30,944 nt of DNA from IMG/VR virus record IMGVR_UViG_3300042549_002952, positions 1-30,944 of that record; one strand, given 5' to 3'. The position numbers and the translations under genes were made by a program. Numbering within the stretch: the first letter of the stretch is position 1; each line of letters starts with the position of its first letter. Below, piece by piece: positions 1 to 7,857 of the stretch. The DNA is from a virus (Duplodnaviria; Caudoviricetes). The notes under the pieces were generated by a model that saw only the letters and a program-made list of their open reading frames with translations, was not told the origin of the DNA and made no database searches.

Positions 1-46
1 GTGGACAGCAGTGCGCTGACAGAAAAACGACCCGGTGCGGGGGGGG

Positions 47-304
47 TCACCAGGCTCGAGATGTGGGCAGCGGTCGTGCGCCGGTTGGCATTCGTGCGCC
101 GCGTGATGAGTTGCATGATCGATGTGCTGCTGCGACGTTGTCGGGGGACTCCCCCAGGTGGGGTGCTACCGAGAGCGGGATGATGTGGTCGACAGTGTCA
201 GCACCAGGCTGACCGCAGAGCCAGCAGATGTCTGACTGCTCGAGCACTCGCAGCCGTAGCCGCTTCCATGCTCGAGTCGATCTTCCGATGTAGCGATCAG
301 TCAT
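47..304 (-). CDS. HNH endonuclease (terminase-associated, HK97 gp74-like)
   Basis: CWLCG...TVDHIIP...NVAAAHRSCNSSRG motif; directly upstream of terS if the ends are joined. Start ATG 304 (alternative 328). Confidence 0.88.
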   Translation of the reverse strand: MTDRYIGRSTRAWKRLRLRVLEQSDICWLCGQPGADTVDHIIPLSVAPHLGESPDNVAAAHRSCNSSRGARMPTGARPLPTSRAW

Positions 305-329
305 GTTGACTCGCAGTGTGTACGACAAA

Positions 330-398
330 GGCGTCGCCGCTTGTGCGGTCGACGCCTAGTTGACGCACAGGGTACACGCCCTACGGGGTGCAATGCAA
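330..398 (-). promoter_or_regulatory. Possible late promoter (TTGCAT-18-TACCCT, 398..369) followed by a GC hairpin (330..356)
   Basis: Sigma70-like hexamers in the only gap before HNH/terminase; inverted repeat GGCGTCG-CCGC/GCGG-T-CGACGCC. Confidence 0.3.
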
Positions 399-445
399 AC
401 CGCCCCGCCCCCACGTTGGGTTCTGCGTTGTAACCATGTAACCAA

Positions 446-979
446 TCACGCAACCTCTTCGTCTGTTTGTGTGAGCAGCGCGCGCCGACGCTCAAGCATC
501 CAGTCGCCACGCTCAAGCGTGGAGCGCCGGCTGTCTTGGTAGCAGGCAAGACAGAGACCAGCACGCAGTCGATCGTTGTGCGTGCCCGAGCAGTAACTGC
601 TGCACGCGACACAGTCGCCGCCGCTAGCGGTGCGTCGTGGCTTGACGCCACCTTCGTGTGGTGATGTCGATGAATCTGCCCAGCCGGTGACGAGACCGTG
701 AATGACCACGGCACTATTGAGCATCTGCCTTGTGTGCGTGAGGATGAGGTTCGCATTCTGAGCTGCTTCGTCGGGCTGGTCGAGGTAGCGATCGAGTCCT
801 GGTGGATTGCCGGCAGCGTCGAGTCGTGGCGCTCCCCCGCCGCCAGTCGCTGTTGGGTAGCCAGGCTGAGCATCTCGCAGGTTGGCGAGAGCAGACGGCA
901 GATCCACCTGCATGGCCGTGAGTCTGGCGATGACCTCGAGGTATTGGCGTTTCAGTTCGGCGTGGCTGATGCGTGTCAT
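446..979 (-). CDS. Hypothetical protein with C-terminal Cys cluster (possible Zn-finger regulator)
   Basis: 177 aa ORF, RBS AGGAG upstream; CVACSSYC...GLCLACY motif. Confidence 0.7.
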   Translation of the reverse strand: MTRISHAELKRQYLEVIARLTAMQVDLPSALANLRDAQPGYPTATGGGGAPRLDAAGNPPGLDRYLDQPDEAAQNANLILTHTRQMLNSAVVIHGLVTGWADSSTSPHEGGVKPRRTASGGDCVACSSYCSGTHNDRLRAGLCLACYQDSRRSTLERGDWMLERRRALLTQTDEEVA

Positions 980-988
980 TGGTGGCTC

Positions 989-3796
989 CTAGATCAGATC
1001 GGGCAGGTCGGGATTGGGGTCGTCGTCTGCTGGGATAGGCACGAAGTTGTCGGTGCCGGTCGCAGCAAGTTGTGATGGTTGTGATGGTTGTGCAGGGGTG
1101 TTTGTGTTTTCTGAGGCTTGGAGGTTGTGGGGTAAAGGGGGGTGGATCTGAACTTCGTTTTCATGCACAACCATCACAACCCGCGCAACTTGATCGTTTT
1201 CGGGTAGTTGTGATGGTTGTGCAGAGCAATCGAGCCACTGATTGGCATCCTCACGCAGCCTGAATCGCTGCGATGGTGTGCCCCTTCCCATCACTTCGAC
1301 AGGTCCGTCTTGCAGTGGAGTCACCCATCCACGGTCGACAAGAGCCTGTAGCGGTGAGACTGCATCTTCAGCAGTCGGGAACGTGCCACGCTTCGCCACG
1401 GTGATGTCTCGAAGGCTGAACTCAGGCGTGTCGTTGTCGATTGACCAGCGCACGATGGTGCGGGCGCGCGCAGTGACTTGATCGTCTGACCACATCTTCT
1501 CAACCACGTCGGCGTGGGCCATCCAGTAGTCGGCGAGGACGATGGCACGCTCGACCACGTCCACGTCGATCAGGTCGCCTCGAGTGCGGTCGGCTGTGTG
1601 GAAGATGCCACAGCACCGCAGCACGGTGGCCCGTAGCTTGGCTGCCCACTCAGCGCGCGCTGCGAGGGTTCCACCAGGGCGCTGCTGATCTTCTCTGATC
1701 TGGTCCCATTCGAGGAATCGTTCGCCGGCAGCGGTGGTTGTGCGCAGCATGGTGATCTGATCCGTGCCAAGTGCAGCCAGTCCGATCTCAGTCATCGTGT
1801 CCTGGTAGGTGGCATTGATGATCGAGTCGATGTCCTCGAGCACTCGGCGACGATCTCTGAAGCCGACCAGCGACGGTGGCACGGAGAACATGAAGCGCAC
1901 CGGTACGCCCTTCGTGACGAGCTCACGGTTGGCACCAAGCGCTTCGACGACCCCTGGCTGAGTCGTGACACAGACAGTGAGCAGCGCTTCGTCAATGACG
2001 ACCGCTTCGCCCTTCGTGCGCTTACGGCGTACCGAGTCAGCCGACCAGCCCTGCAGATAGACAGCAAGGTTGGTGGCTTTGCCTTTGTCGACGTACTGGC
2101 CCGCCATCATGTCGAAGACGCCACCTTCAGATGAGAGCAGTGCCATGCGTCCGCCGTTGGCAGCCAGCTCTTCGACTAGGGCTTCGGGCGTGATGTCTTC
2201 GGAAACCAAGTAGCCCGCTGAGGGTCGAACCTGGCGATCGAGCATGTCATCGATGATGCTGATCTCTTCGATCGCTGAGCGCTGTTCTTCCTTGGTTCCT
2301 TTGACTGCAATCGTCTCGTGGTGCTTGATGCGTTGCTCGTTGATTCGACGCTCGCGATCATGCTCGTTGAGTTTCTTCTTTGCGGTTGCTCGAGACTCTT
2401 TCTCAACGGCTAGCGCCGGCTTGGTCATTACCTTGAACACTGGCGACTTGCCTGAGCCCGGCAGTAGCGCCGAGACCAGGTAGAGGTTGACGTGCTCGAC
2501 CCATGCCGAGCCGGCGAGGTTGACCTTCACATGGCCAGCAAGAACAGTCGACAACGTGCCGAGCGCAAGCATGGCTGGCAGATCTTCGGGCACCTGGAAG
2601 GCGTAGGCGATCTCCCGGCATTGGTTGGCAATCCAGTCGGGCAGCACCTCAAGCGGAAAGGCGGGGCCGTGTCGATGGCTCGTGCCAAGCGGCAGCGGTG
2701 GCTCTTCGGTAGACATAACGGGTGGCGTTATGCCTGGCTTCGCTTCGATTCCGCCAAGCGGATCGGTGAGATCTGAGCCGTACCCCAGCGCGCGCAGTGC
2801 CTTGGTGGCTGCATTGAAGTCGCCACGGTGGTCGATGTGAGTAAATAGCCCGAGAGCGTCATAGGGCCGGCGCACATCCATGCCGTGTTGGCGTGCAAAG
2901 GTTTCAGACCAGAGGGTGGTGTGGCCGTCTGAGTAGACAGTCGCTCCGGTGGTCTCGTTCTTTGCCGGTCGGTGTGGTGCTCGATAGTGGCGTGATCCTT
3001 CTGAGTCGTTGTGGTCGAAGTGAAAGCCAGCGCCCTCGAGGATGGTGGCCGGATCGGTGACGGCGTTGTAAGCGTCCCCTGGTCGCTCGGCTCCGATGTA
3101 GGGGACGCTGCGCAGCTTCACCGTCTGAGGGTCTGCAATGGGTGCTTCGATCATGTTGGTGGCAAGGTCGTCGACGCCGTAGGTGCGAGTCCAGTCCGCT
3201 TCGATGATCGTGACTGGCACCGCTTCGGCTTTGCGATTGAAGGTGCCCGGTAGGCGCATGACGCGCGCAGCATCGAAGACATTGTCGACGTGCCAGCCGT
3301 GCCGGCGTCCAAGTTCTGCCCATGTCGCTCCCCAATCGGCGAGGAGTTTGAGTGTGTCGTCGTTGATCTGAGCGGGTTCGTCAAGCATCCACCATGCCTG
3401 CAAGCCGTGGCCTGAGTTGATGATCGCAGTCGGTGGCAGTGGGAACGCTTCGCACAGCTGCATTGCTTCGTCGACGGTGGTGGGTAGGTCGTCGGCTGCG
3501 TGCACTGGTGAGGCGATGTCGATGTCGACCCACATGGCCGGCAGGGTCAGACAGTCAGACGCTCCCCCACGCTTGCCGTTCGGCAGTTTCCGCTCTCGAG
3601 GTGCGACGCCGAACCACACACAACCATACTTAGCGAGTGTGGTGGCTTCGTCTGCTGCCCACTCATGGTCGACGATGCGATGCCAGGCGGTGGTCTTCTC
3701 GCCAGTTTCTCGATCGACTGAGAAGAGGGTGAGCCAGCCCTGGTCTGTGTGTGAGTAGAGATGGCTCAGCCAGTCGGAGATGTTGAGGGCTGTCAT
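989..3796 (-). CDS. DNA primase/replication protein: N-terminal RepB/AEP-like primase plus C-terminal DUF3987 (YfjI-like) P-loop helicase domain
   Basis: MWVDID, INSGHGLQAWW and ARVMRLPGTFNRK primase motifs; PGSGKS Walker A, DITPEAL, SSEGG, CVTTQP. Start 3796 forms an ATGA overlap with the upstream stop. Confidence 0.85.
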   Translation of the reverse strand: MTALNISDWLSHLYSHTDQGWLTLFSVDRETGEKTTAWHRIVDHEWAADEATTLAKYGCVWFGVAPRERKLPNGKRGGASDCLTLPAMWVDIDIASPVHAADDLPTTVDEAMQLCEAFPLPPTAIINSGHGLQAWWMLDEPAQINDDTLKLLADWGATWAELGRRHGWHVDNVFDAARVMRLPGTFNRKAEAVPVTIIEADWTRTYGVDDLATNMIEAPIADPQTVKLRSVPYIGAERPGDAYNAVTDPATILEGAGFHFDHNDSEGSRHYRAPHRPAKNETTGATVYSDGHTTLWSETFARQHGMDVRRPYDALGLFTHIDHRGDFNAATKALRALGYGSDLTDPLGGIEAKPGITPPVMSTEEPPLPLGTSHRHGPAFPLEVLPDWIANQCREIAYAFQVPEDLPAMLALGTLSTVLAGHVKVNLAGSAWVEHVNLYLVSALLPGSGKSPVFKVMTKPALAVEKESRATAKKKLNEHDRERRINEQRIKHHETIAVKGTKEEQRSAIEEISIIDDMLDRQVRPSAGYLVSEDITPEALVEELAANGGRMALLSSEGGVFDMMAGQYVDKGKATNLAVYLQGWSADSVRRKRTKGEAVVIDEALLTVCVTTQPGVVEALGANRELVTKGVPVRFMFSVPPSLVGFRDRRRVLEDIDSIINATYQDTMTEIGLAALGTDQITMLRTTTAAGERFLEWDQIREDQQRPGGTLAARAEWAAKLRATVLRCCGIFHTADRTRGDLIDVDVVERAIVLADYWMAHADVVEKMWSDDQVTARARTIVRWSIDNDTPEFSLRDITVAKRGTFPTAEDAVSPLQALVDRGWVTPLQDGPVEVMGRGTPSQRFRLREDANQWLDCSAQPSQLPENDQVARVVMVVHENEVQIHPPLPHNLQASENTNTPAQPSQPSQLAATGTDNFVPIPADDDPNPDLPDLI
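1069..1223. repeat. Iteron-like 17-bp repeats GTTGTGATGGTTGTGCA (candidate replication origin)
   Basis: Exact copies at 1078-1094 (+), 1164-1180 (inverted) and 1207-1223 (+), plus an extra 9-bp unit at 1069. Confidence 0.75.
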
Positions 3797-4284
3797 GCTG
3801 CTCGTTTCAATGCCATGTTGGGAGTGACGAGTTGGTGCCATCGTTGATGGCAAGTCACGCAGAGATTCGCTGTTGGCCATATCCAAGCTTCAGCACCGAA
3901 TAGGTGGACTGGTGCCCAATGGTGAGTCTGCACACCAAAGTGTCCACAGACTTGACATGACTCGCTTCGCTTGTCTTTCACAATCGGCAGACCAGTGGGG
4001 TCAATGTATGACTTTTTGACGGCGTGCGATCCTTTGCCCCCTGCGCCACAAACGACACATGCGAAGACTGCAACATCGTCGCCGTCGGCCTTTATGAAAC
4101 GAAGGAAAGCCCACTCAGATGCGCCACATTCGCAAGTCATTCCTAAGACGTGAGGGTGTTCGGTCGTGCGAGGCAGGTCGCTGCTCTCAATTAGCGAGAC
4201 GACTAATGCGCGTCGATCTCGTTCGTATTGACTGAGGCGGTAACCATGTCCGACAAGATCGCCAATGATGTCGTCACTCATCAC
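3793..4284 (-). CDS. Zn-ribbon / HNH-like protein
   Basis: CECG...CVVCG and CQVCG...THHWAP...NLCVTCHQRWH motifs; ATGA overlaps at both ends. Confidence 0.7.
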   Translation of the reverse strand: MMSDDIIGDLVGHGYRLSQYERDRRALVVSLIESSDLPRTTEHPHVLGMTCECGASEWAFLRFIKADGDDVAVFACVVCGAGGKGSHAVKKSYIDPTGLPIVKDKRSESCQVCGHFGVQTHHWAPVHLFGAEAWIWPTANLCVTCHQRWHQLVTPNMALKRAA

Positions 4285-4652
4285 GCCACGTCCCGGTTCA
4301 GATCGTCGAGTTGCTTCATGACCTTCTTGAACGCCTTGCGCACCTTCAACTGGTCGCGCTGCATGTCGATGAGGATCTCCCAGTCGTCTTTGCTGGTCAT
4401 GCGGTCGACCATGACCTCGAGCGCGCGATTGCGTTGCTCAAGTTCTTCGATGCGTGCCAGCAGCTCGTCGATGCGGTCGGCTGATGTGTCGGCGGTGACA
4501 TTGGCCAGCGTGGTCATCATGTCGTAGCGCGCCTGTAGCTCGTAGATGGCGTCAAGTGCTCTGCCGGCGTCGAGCACCATGTCTTCGGGGTGTGGCCAGA
4601 AGCGCTGCAGCTTTAGCCCGTCGATTGCCTGTTCGATCTGTTCGTTGTTCAT
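4281..4652 (-). CDS. Hypothetical coiled-coil protein
   Basis: 123 aa, heptad-like RIDELLARIEELEQRNRALE; coupled to neighbours by ATGA overlaps. Confidence 0.75.
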   Translation of the reverse strand: MNNEQIEQAIDGLKLQRFWPHPEDMVLDAGRALDAIYELQARYDMMTTLANVTADTSADRIDELLARIEELEQRNRALEVMVDRMTSKDDWEILIDMQRDQLKVRKAFKKVMKQLDDLNRDVA

Positions 4653-5333
4653 GCTGCCTCAGTCCCGTATGTGGCGATTATTTCCTGTGCAAATTGGAGA
4701 AGATCTTCGACGCTTTGCCCTCTGCCGTGATGCCGTGGCTTGAGTTCGAGGTTTTCCAATCGGTTATCGCTTCGAATTCCGTTTTTATGATGAACGTCTT
4801 CTTCGGCAGAAAGCCTTCTGCCGAGATGTCTCCCCATTACGACTCGGTTTTCTCTTACCGAAAGGCTGTAAAACTGCAGAGTGACGTACCCTTCAGATGA
4901 AACGCATCGACTCGTCCAGGGAATGTTGAAATAAACCGAGGCCCATTGAAGATCGTTATCGAAGGGTTCCAACTGACTTATCAATTGATCTCGGAAGTGA
5001 CCCCTGCAGACTGACCAGTTGTCAAACTTTGGACGCCAACAATTTGCTGCGCCGCAAATCAACTGCAACTGATGATAGTGACACTCAGAACTGTTTGCTT
5101 TTGCAGGCCTTGAACACACGAAAGCCGAGCATCTTCCGTGCAACTCGATTCGGCGTTGGTACGGAGTCTCATTGCGCAAGCGCCCATAAACTGCGGCACG
5201 GCTAATCCCATAGGTTTCACTTATCTGCTTAACACTCATTCCTGAAGACCGCAGTTGCTTTGCCAACTCCGGTGTCGGAGCTAAAGGCGGTCTTCCACCC
5301 TTGCTTTCGATCTCTTCGTTGTTCATGCTGCCT
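4632..5333. repeat. 28-bp direct repeat (1 mismatch) flanking the HNH gene
   Basis: TTCGATCT(G/C)TTCGTTGTTCATGCTGCCT at 4632-4659 and 5306-5333. Confidence 0.85.
4649..5326 (-). CDS. HNH homing endonuclease with N-terminal HTH
   Basis: GMSVKQISETYGISRAAVYGRL HTH; ENRVVMGRHLGRRLSAEEDVHHKNGIRSDNRLENLEL HNH_3-type motif; visibly lower GC than flanks. Confidence 0.85.
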   Translation of the reverse strand: MNNEEIESKGGRPPLAPTPELAKQLRSSGMSVKQISETYGISRAAVYGRLRNETPYQRRIELHGRCSAFVCSRPAKANSSECHYHQLQLICGAANCWRPKFDNWSVCRGHFRDQLISQLEPFDNDLQWASVYFNIPWTSRCVSSEGYVTLQFYSLSVRENRVVMGRHLGRRLSAEEDVHHKNGIRSDNRLENLELKPRHHGRGQSVEDLLQFAQEIIATYGTEAA

Positions 5334-5667
5334 GCTCCTGAATCAAGGGCTCGAACCAGTTCGGCCAGATGTTTGACGGGTGCTTACCGAGTGCTACGGC
5401 TGCTCGATCTGCTTGGATGTCTCGAAGTCCTGCGTGAGCCCAGCGATGAATCGTTCGCGCTGGAAAGCCAGTGAGCACTGCGAGCTCGAGGTACTCGGTA
5501 GTCCCTGCTGCATCGAACAGTGGCTGCAGTGGCCAGCGCAGGAAGTGCGTCGTCGGGCCGATGTTGTTCTGCCGGTAGTTGCGCTTGTAGTCGCTGTACG
5601 CGCGCCGACATGGTTCACATCGGCAGAGGTCGTAGGCGTAGCGCCGCCATGTGCCGTGTTCTCTCAT
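5323..5667 (-). CDS. HGTxxxY-CRC Zn-motif protein with C-terminal HTH (Ner/Nlp-like)
   Basis: MREHGTWRRYAYDLCRCEPCRRA; ELAVLTGFPARTIHRW...AVALGKHPSNIWP. Start 5667 gives an ATGA overlap. Confidence 0.7.
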   Translation of the reverse strand: MREHGTWRRYAYDLCRCEPCRRAYSDYKRNYRQNNIGPTTHFLRWPLQPLFDAAGTTEYLELAVLTGFPARTIHRWAHAGLRDIQADRAAVALGKHPSNIWPNWFEPLIQEQAA

Positions 5668-5858
5668 CGCGCGCGGTGCTTTGATCGCAGCGGGTAGTGG
5701 CGGTGCGGTTCTTGTCCTGGTGCGTACTCGAGCACGCTGGTGATGCCGTTCTTGTAGGTGAAGCGCAGGATGCCGAGCGGACCGCCGTCGTTTGTGTAGA
5801 GCACGATCTTCTCGGGCGGATCGGGCAGTGAGGTCTTGCTGATCTTGATCGATGGCAT
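5664..5858 (-). CDS. Hypothetical protein (64 aa)
   Basis: RBS GGAG, TAATG overlap with the upstream gene, ATGA overlap with the downstream gene. Confidence 0.65.
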   Translation of the reverse strand: MPSIKISKTSLPDPPEKIVLYTNDGGPLGILRFTYKNGITSVLEYAPGQEPHRHYPLRSKHRAR

Positions 5859-6028
5859 TAGTGATCTCCGTGGAAGTGAGGATTGGCAACGAACGTGCCG
5901 CTGCTGCCGTCTGCTCGGCAGTCGTTGCAGCGGTAGGTCAAGCGATCGCGCGTGCGACCGTCGTGGGCGAAGTCAGTGAGCGGCAGATAGCGCCAGCACT
6001 TCGCGCAGCGTTTGGTGTCGTCACTCAT
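5858..6028 (-). CDS. Small Zn-finger protein (56 aa, not in ORF track)
   Basis: Hand translation MSDDTKRCAKCWRYLPLTDFAHDGRTRDRLTYRCNDCR...; overlaps both neighbours' start/stop codons. Confidence 0.7.
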   Translation of the reverse strand: MSDDTKRCAKCWRYLPLTDFAHDGRTRDRLTYRCNDCRADGSSGTFVANPHFHGDH

Positions 6029-6183
6029 TGACCGACCGCCGCAAACAGCGCAGTGAGCGCATCACTCCACGCTTGTTCAGAGTTGCCTTGCTCAGCGTCG
6101 GCAACGGCAGCAATCAGATCGCGCAGCTGCTGCAACTCGATCATGTCTTTGTGATGACCGCAATGGGGTCCGCAACCATCCAT
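6025..6183 (-). CDS. Hypothetical protein (~52 aa)
   Basis: MDGCGPHCGHHKDMIELQQLRDLIAAV...; fills the gap with coupled start and stop. Confidence 0.55.
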   Translation of the reverse strand: MDGCGPHCGHHKDMIELQQLRDLIAAVADAEQGNSEQAWSDALTALFAAVGQ

Positions 6184-6716
6184 CACAGCCAGCCGTTCTT
6201 GCGCGCGCAGCCTGGCCAAGCACGCCAGCCGGAACTAGCCAGGACTCGCTCGGCGATGTCGATCTGTTGTTCCCGGCTTGCTTCCCACGGGTGAGGTGCG
6301 AACTCTCCCCCGCCGAATGACAGCCAGGTTGAGTAGCTGCGCTGGTGCATGAACTGCAGACCGCCGCCGAAGCCGTTGCCGGTGTTCGCTGACCAGTTGC
6401 CGCCTGTCTCACACATTGCAAGCTGGTCCCAGCGAGAATCGTCGCCTGGCTGATGGTTCGGTGCGGTTCGTGGCGCAGCTGCTGTCGTCGTGGTCGTCGC
6501 GATCGAGACCAGGTAAGCGTCGAGCTCGGCGAGGGCTTGGCCGGCAGCAGTGTGGAAGTCATAGCCAAGAGACACAACGGGGTCGGGTGCTGCTTGTGTT
6601 TCTTGCGCTTCTGCTGGTGCGCTGCAGCGTCCGAGCGCAAAGGCTGCGCCGAGTAGGGCGATCACTGCGACGCATCCTGCGGCGGTTCTTCGGTGGTCAA
6701 TTCGGGTTTCATCCAT
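6183..6716 (-). CDS. rpf: Secreted resuscitation-promoting factor (Rpf) lytic transglycosylase
   Basis: WDQLAMCETGGNWSANTGNGFGGGLQF...TW...GG...ASREQQIDIAERVLASSGWRAWPGC is the Rpf core, with catalytic Glu and both Cys. N-terminal hydrophobic signal and Thr/Ala/Pro linker. Confidence 0.93.
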   Translation of the reverse strand: MDETRIDHRRTAAGCVAVIALLGAAFALGRCSAPAEAQETQAAPDPVVSLGYDFHTAAGQALAELDAYLVSIATTTTTAAAPRTAPNHQPGDDSRWDQLAMCETGGNWSANTGNGFGGGLQFMHQRSYSTWLSFGGGEFAPHPWEASREQQIDIAERVLASSGWRAWPGCARKNGWL

Positions 6717-6847
6717 CGTGCTATTCCTCGGTTCTTTCTGGTGCAAGGTGCGCAAAGCACGCCGAGCACTGGTCGGGGTGTCGAGTAGGCGTCTGCACAG
6801 ATCGGGCAGCGCCAGTTGTTGCTCAGTGGCTGAGTGCGTGTCGCCAT
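6662..6847 (-). CDS. Small Zn-ribbon protein
   Basis: MATRTQPLSNNWRCPICADAY...LCAPCTRKN; two CxxC pairs. Confidence 0.55.
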   Translation of the reverse strand: MATRTQPLSNNWRCPICADAYSTPRPVLGVLCAPCTRKNRGIARWMKPELTTEEPPQDASQ

Positions 6848-7059
6848 GCGCTCAGCAGTTCGTTGATTGCGTCTCGCCGTTTTGGTTCCTCGGCGGCAAT
6901 GTGAGCGAGGTAGTCGGCGAGTCGTTGCCCGGTGCGCCCGATGCGTGCCAGGTCGGCGATGGTCTCGATGAGCTTGCGTTCGTTGCGGTCCTTGTCCGCA
7001 GCAAGCATCTCGTCCATGCGCTCGAGCATGCGCGTGTAGGGGTCGGGTCCGTGTTGCAT
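6823..7059 (-). CDS. Hypothetical protein (78 aa)
   Basis: Helical, charged composition; TAATG overlap with the upstream ORF. Confidence 0.7.
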   Translation of the reverse strand: MQHGPDPYTRMLERMDEMLAADKDRNERKLIETIADLARIGRTGQRLADYLAHIAAEEPKRRDAINELLSAWRHALSH

Positions 7060-7235
7060 TAGGCCATGCGTCCAGTGCGTAGGCCGGTGACTGATGCAAT
7101 GCGCCTGAGCGCTTCGGTGGCTTCACTCGTCGACCACAGCGGCGGAGTGATGGTGATGCGCTCTGCGCCCTGGGCTACCTCGACGAAGTAGTTGCCGAGG
7201 CGGTCCTGAATGATGTTGAGGTGCGGTTCTTGCAC
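7059..7235 (-). CDS. Hypothetical protein (58 aa, not in ORF track)
   Basis: GTG start after AAGGGGA; MQEPHLNIIQDRLGNYFVEVAQGAERITITPPLWST...GRMA. Confidence 0.65.
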   Translation of the reverse strand: MQEPHLNIIQDRLGNYFVEVAQGAERITITPPLWSTSEATEALRRIASVTGLRTGRMA

Positions 7236-7254
7236 GTCGTCCCCTTGAGAGGTC

Positions 7255-7395
7255 GCAGGGCATCGAGTCGCCGAGGAGGGTCAGACTCGATGCCCTGCAG
7301 CTGTGGTTGGCAGGTGTGAATGTGGGGTCGGCGCGGCTCTTCCAGACGCGCCGACCCATACGGCGCACGGCAGCCAGACGTAGGGCGGTGGCTGC
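7255..7395 (-). other. Three tandem hairpins in an intergenic gap (structured RNA / regulatory element candidate)
   Basis: Perfect inverted repeats: 15 bp 7255-7269/7284-7298; 11 bp 7325-7335/7347-7357; 7 bp 7370-7376/7389-7395. Confidence 0.6.
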
Positions 7396-7409
7396 GCGTT
7401 GTGCCCGAT

Positions 7410-7832
7410 CTAGATCAGATCGTCGGTGACAGCGTTGACAGTGGCTGGCTTGTATTGCGCCGACCAGGTCTTTGCTGGGCTCATGCCCTTGGTCTTGCTT
7501 GGCTCTTCGCCAGTCCACTTGATTGCAAGCGTGCCGCCGGTAAGCGTGTCGCCAGCGCTGACTCCCGCGACGCGCAAAGCCTCTTTGACAGCGCTGAGCT
7601 GGAAGCCCTTAGCGAAGAATCGAGTCTCGTCGCCGGTGTCGGGATCGGTGCCGCTGAAGACGAACTGCCACACGGGGTCGCCGTTCGGCCAGGTCTTGAG
7701 TTCGCCTGTCACGAAGTCGGTCACCTGTCGTTTCTCAACATCGGTGATGACGATGCGGCGCACGTCGCCGATGGCATCCCACTTTGCTGATGCTCCACCT
7801 GATCGGGTGAGTTCACTGATGATGTCTGTCAT
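7410..7832 (-). CDS. Putative single-stranded DNA-binding protein (actinophage type)
   Basis: Beta-rich fold suggested by KRQVTDFVTGELKTWPNGDPVWQFVF; acidic tail TDDLI; follows the exonuclease; RBS AGGA. Confidence 0.6.
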   Translation of the reverse strand: MTDIISELTRSGGASAKWDAIGDVRRIVITDVEKRQVTDFVTGELKTWPNGDPVWQFVFSGTDPDTGDETRFFAKGFQLSAVKEALRVAGVSAGDTLTGGTLAIKWTGEEPSKTKGMSPAKTWSAQYKPATVNAVTDDLI

Positions 7833-7857
7833 GGTGCTGTCCTGCTTTCTGTGTTTG

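Noticed and set aside
371-377. Extra integrase arm site GGTACAC
   Set aside because: Single copy more than 12 kb from attP; a 7-mer is expected by chance in a genome this size.
1069-1223. CRISPR array or mini-array
   Set aside because: Repeats are 17 bp, mixed in orientation, irregularly spaced and inside a CDS; no cas operon. The PD-(D/E)XK gene is an ordinary phage exonuclease.
3797-3886. Longer primase start from the ORF track (likewise the long starts for int, GT, endolysin, resolvase, SSB-like and chaperone genes)
   Set aside because: Extensions overlap upstream genes or attP; downstream starts have an RBS or ATGA/GTGA coupling.
5668-5889. N-terminal extension of the 188-aa ORF in the track
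   Set aside because: Better explained by two coupled genes (5664-5858 and 5323-5667) with an RBS and overlapping start/stop codons.
7236-7409. ydaO/c-di-AMP riboswitch controlling rpf
   Set aside because: The conserved riboswitch sequence blocks are not recognisable, and three small genes separate the element from rpf.
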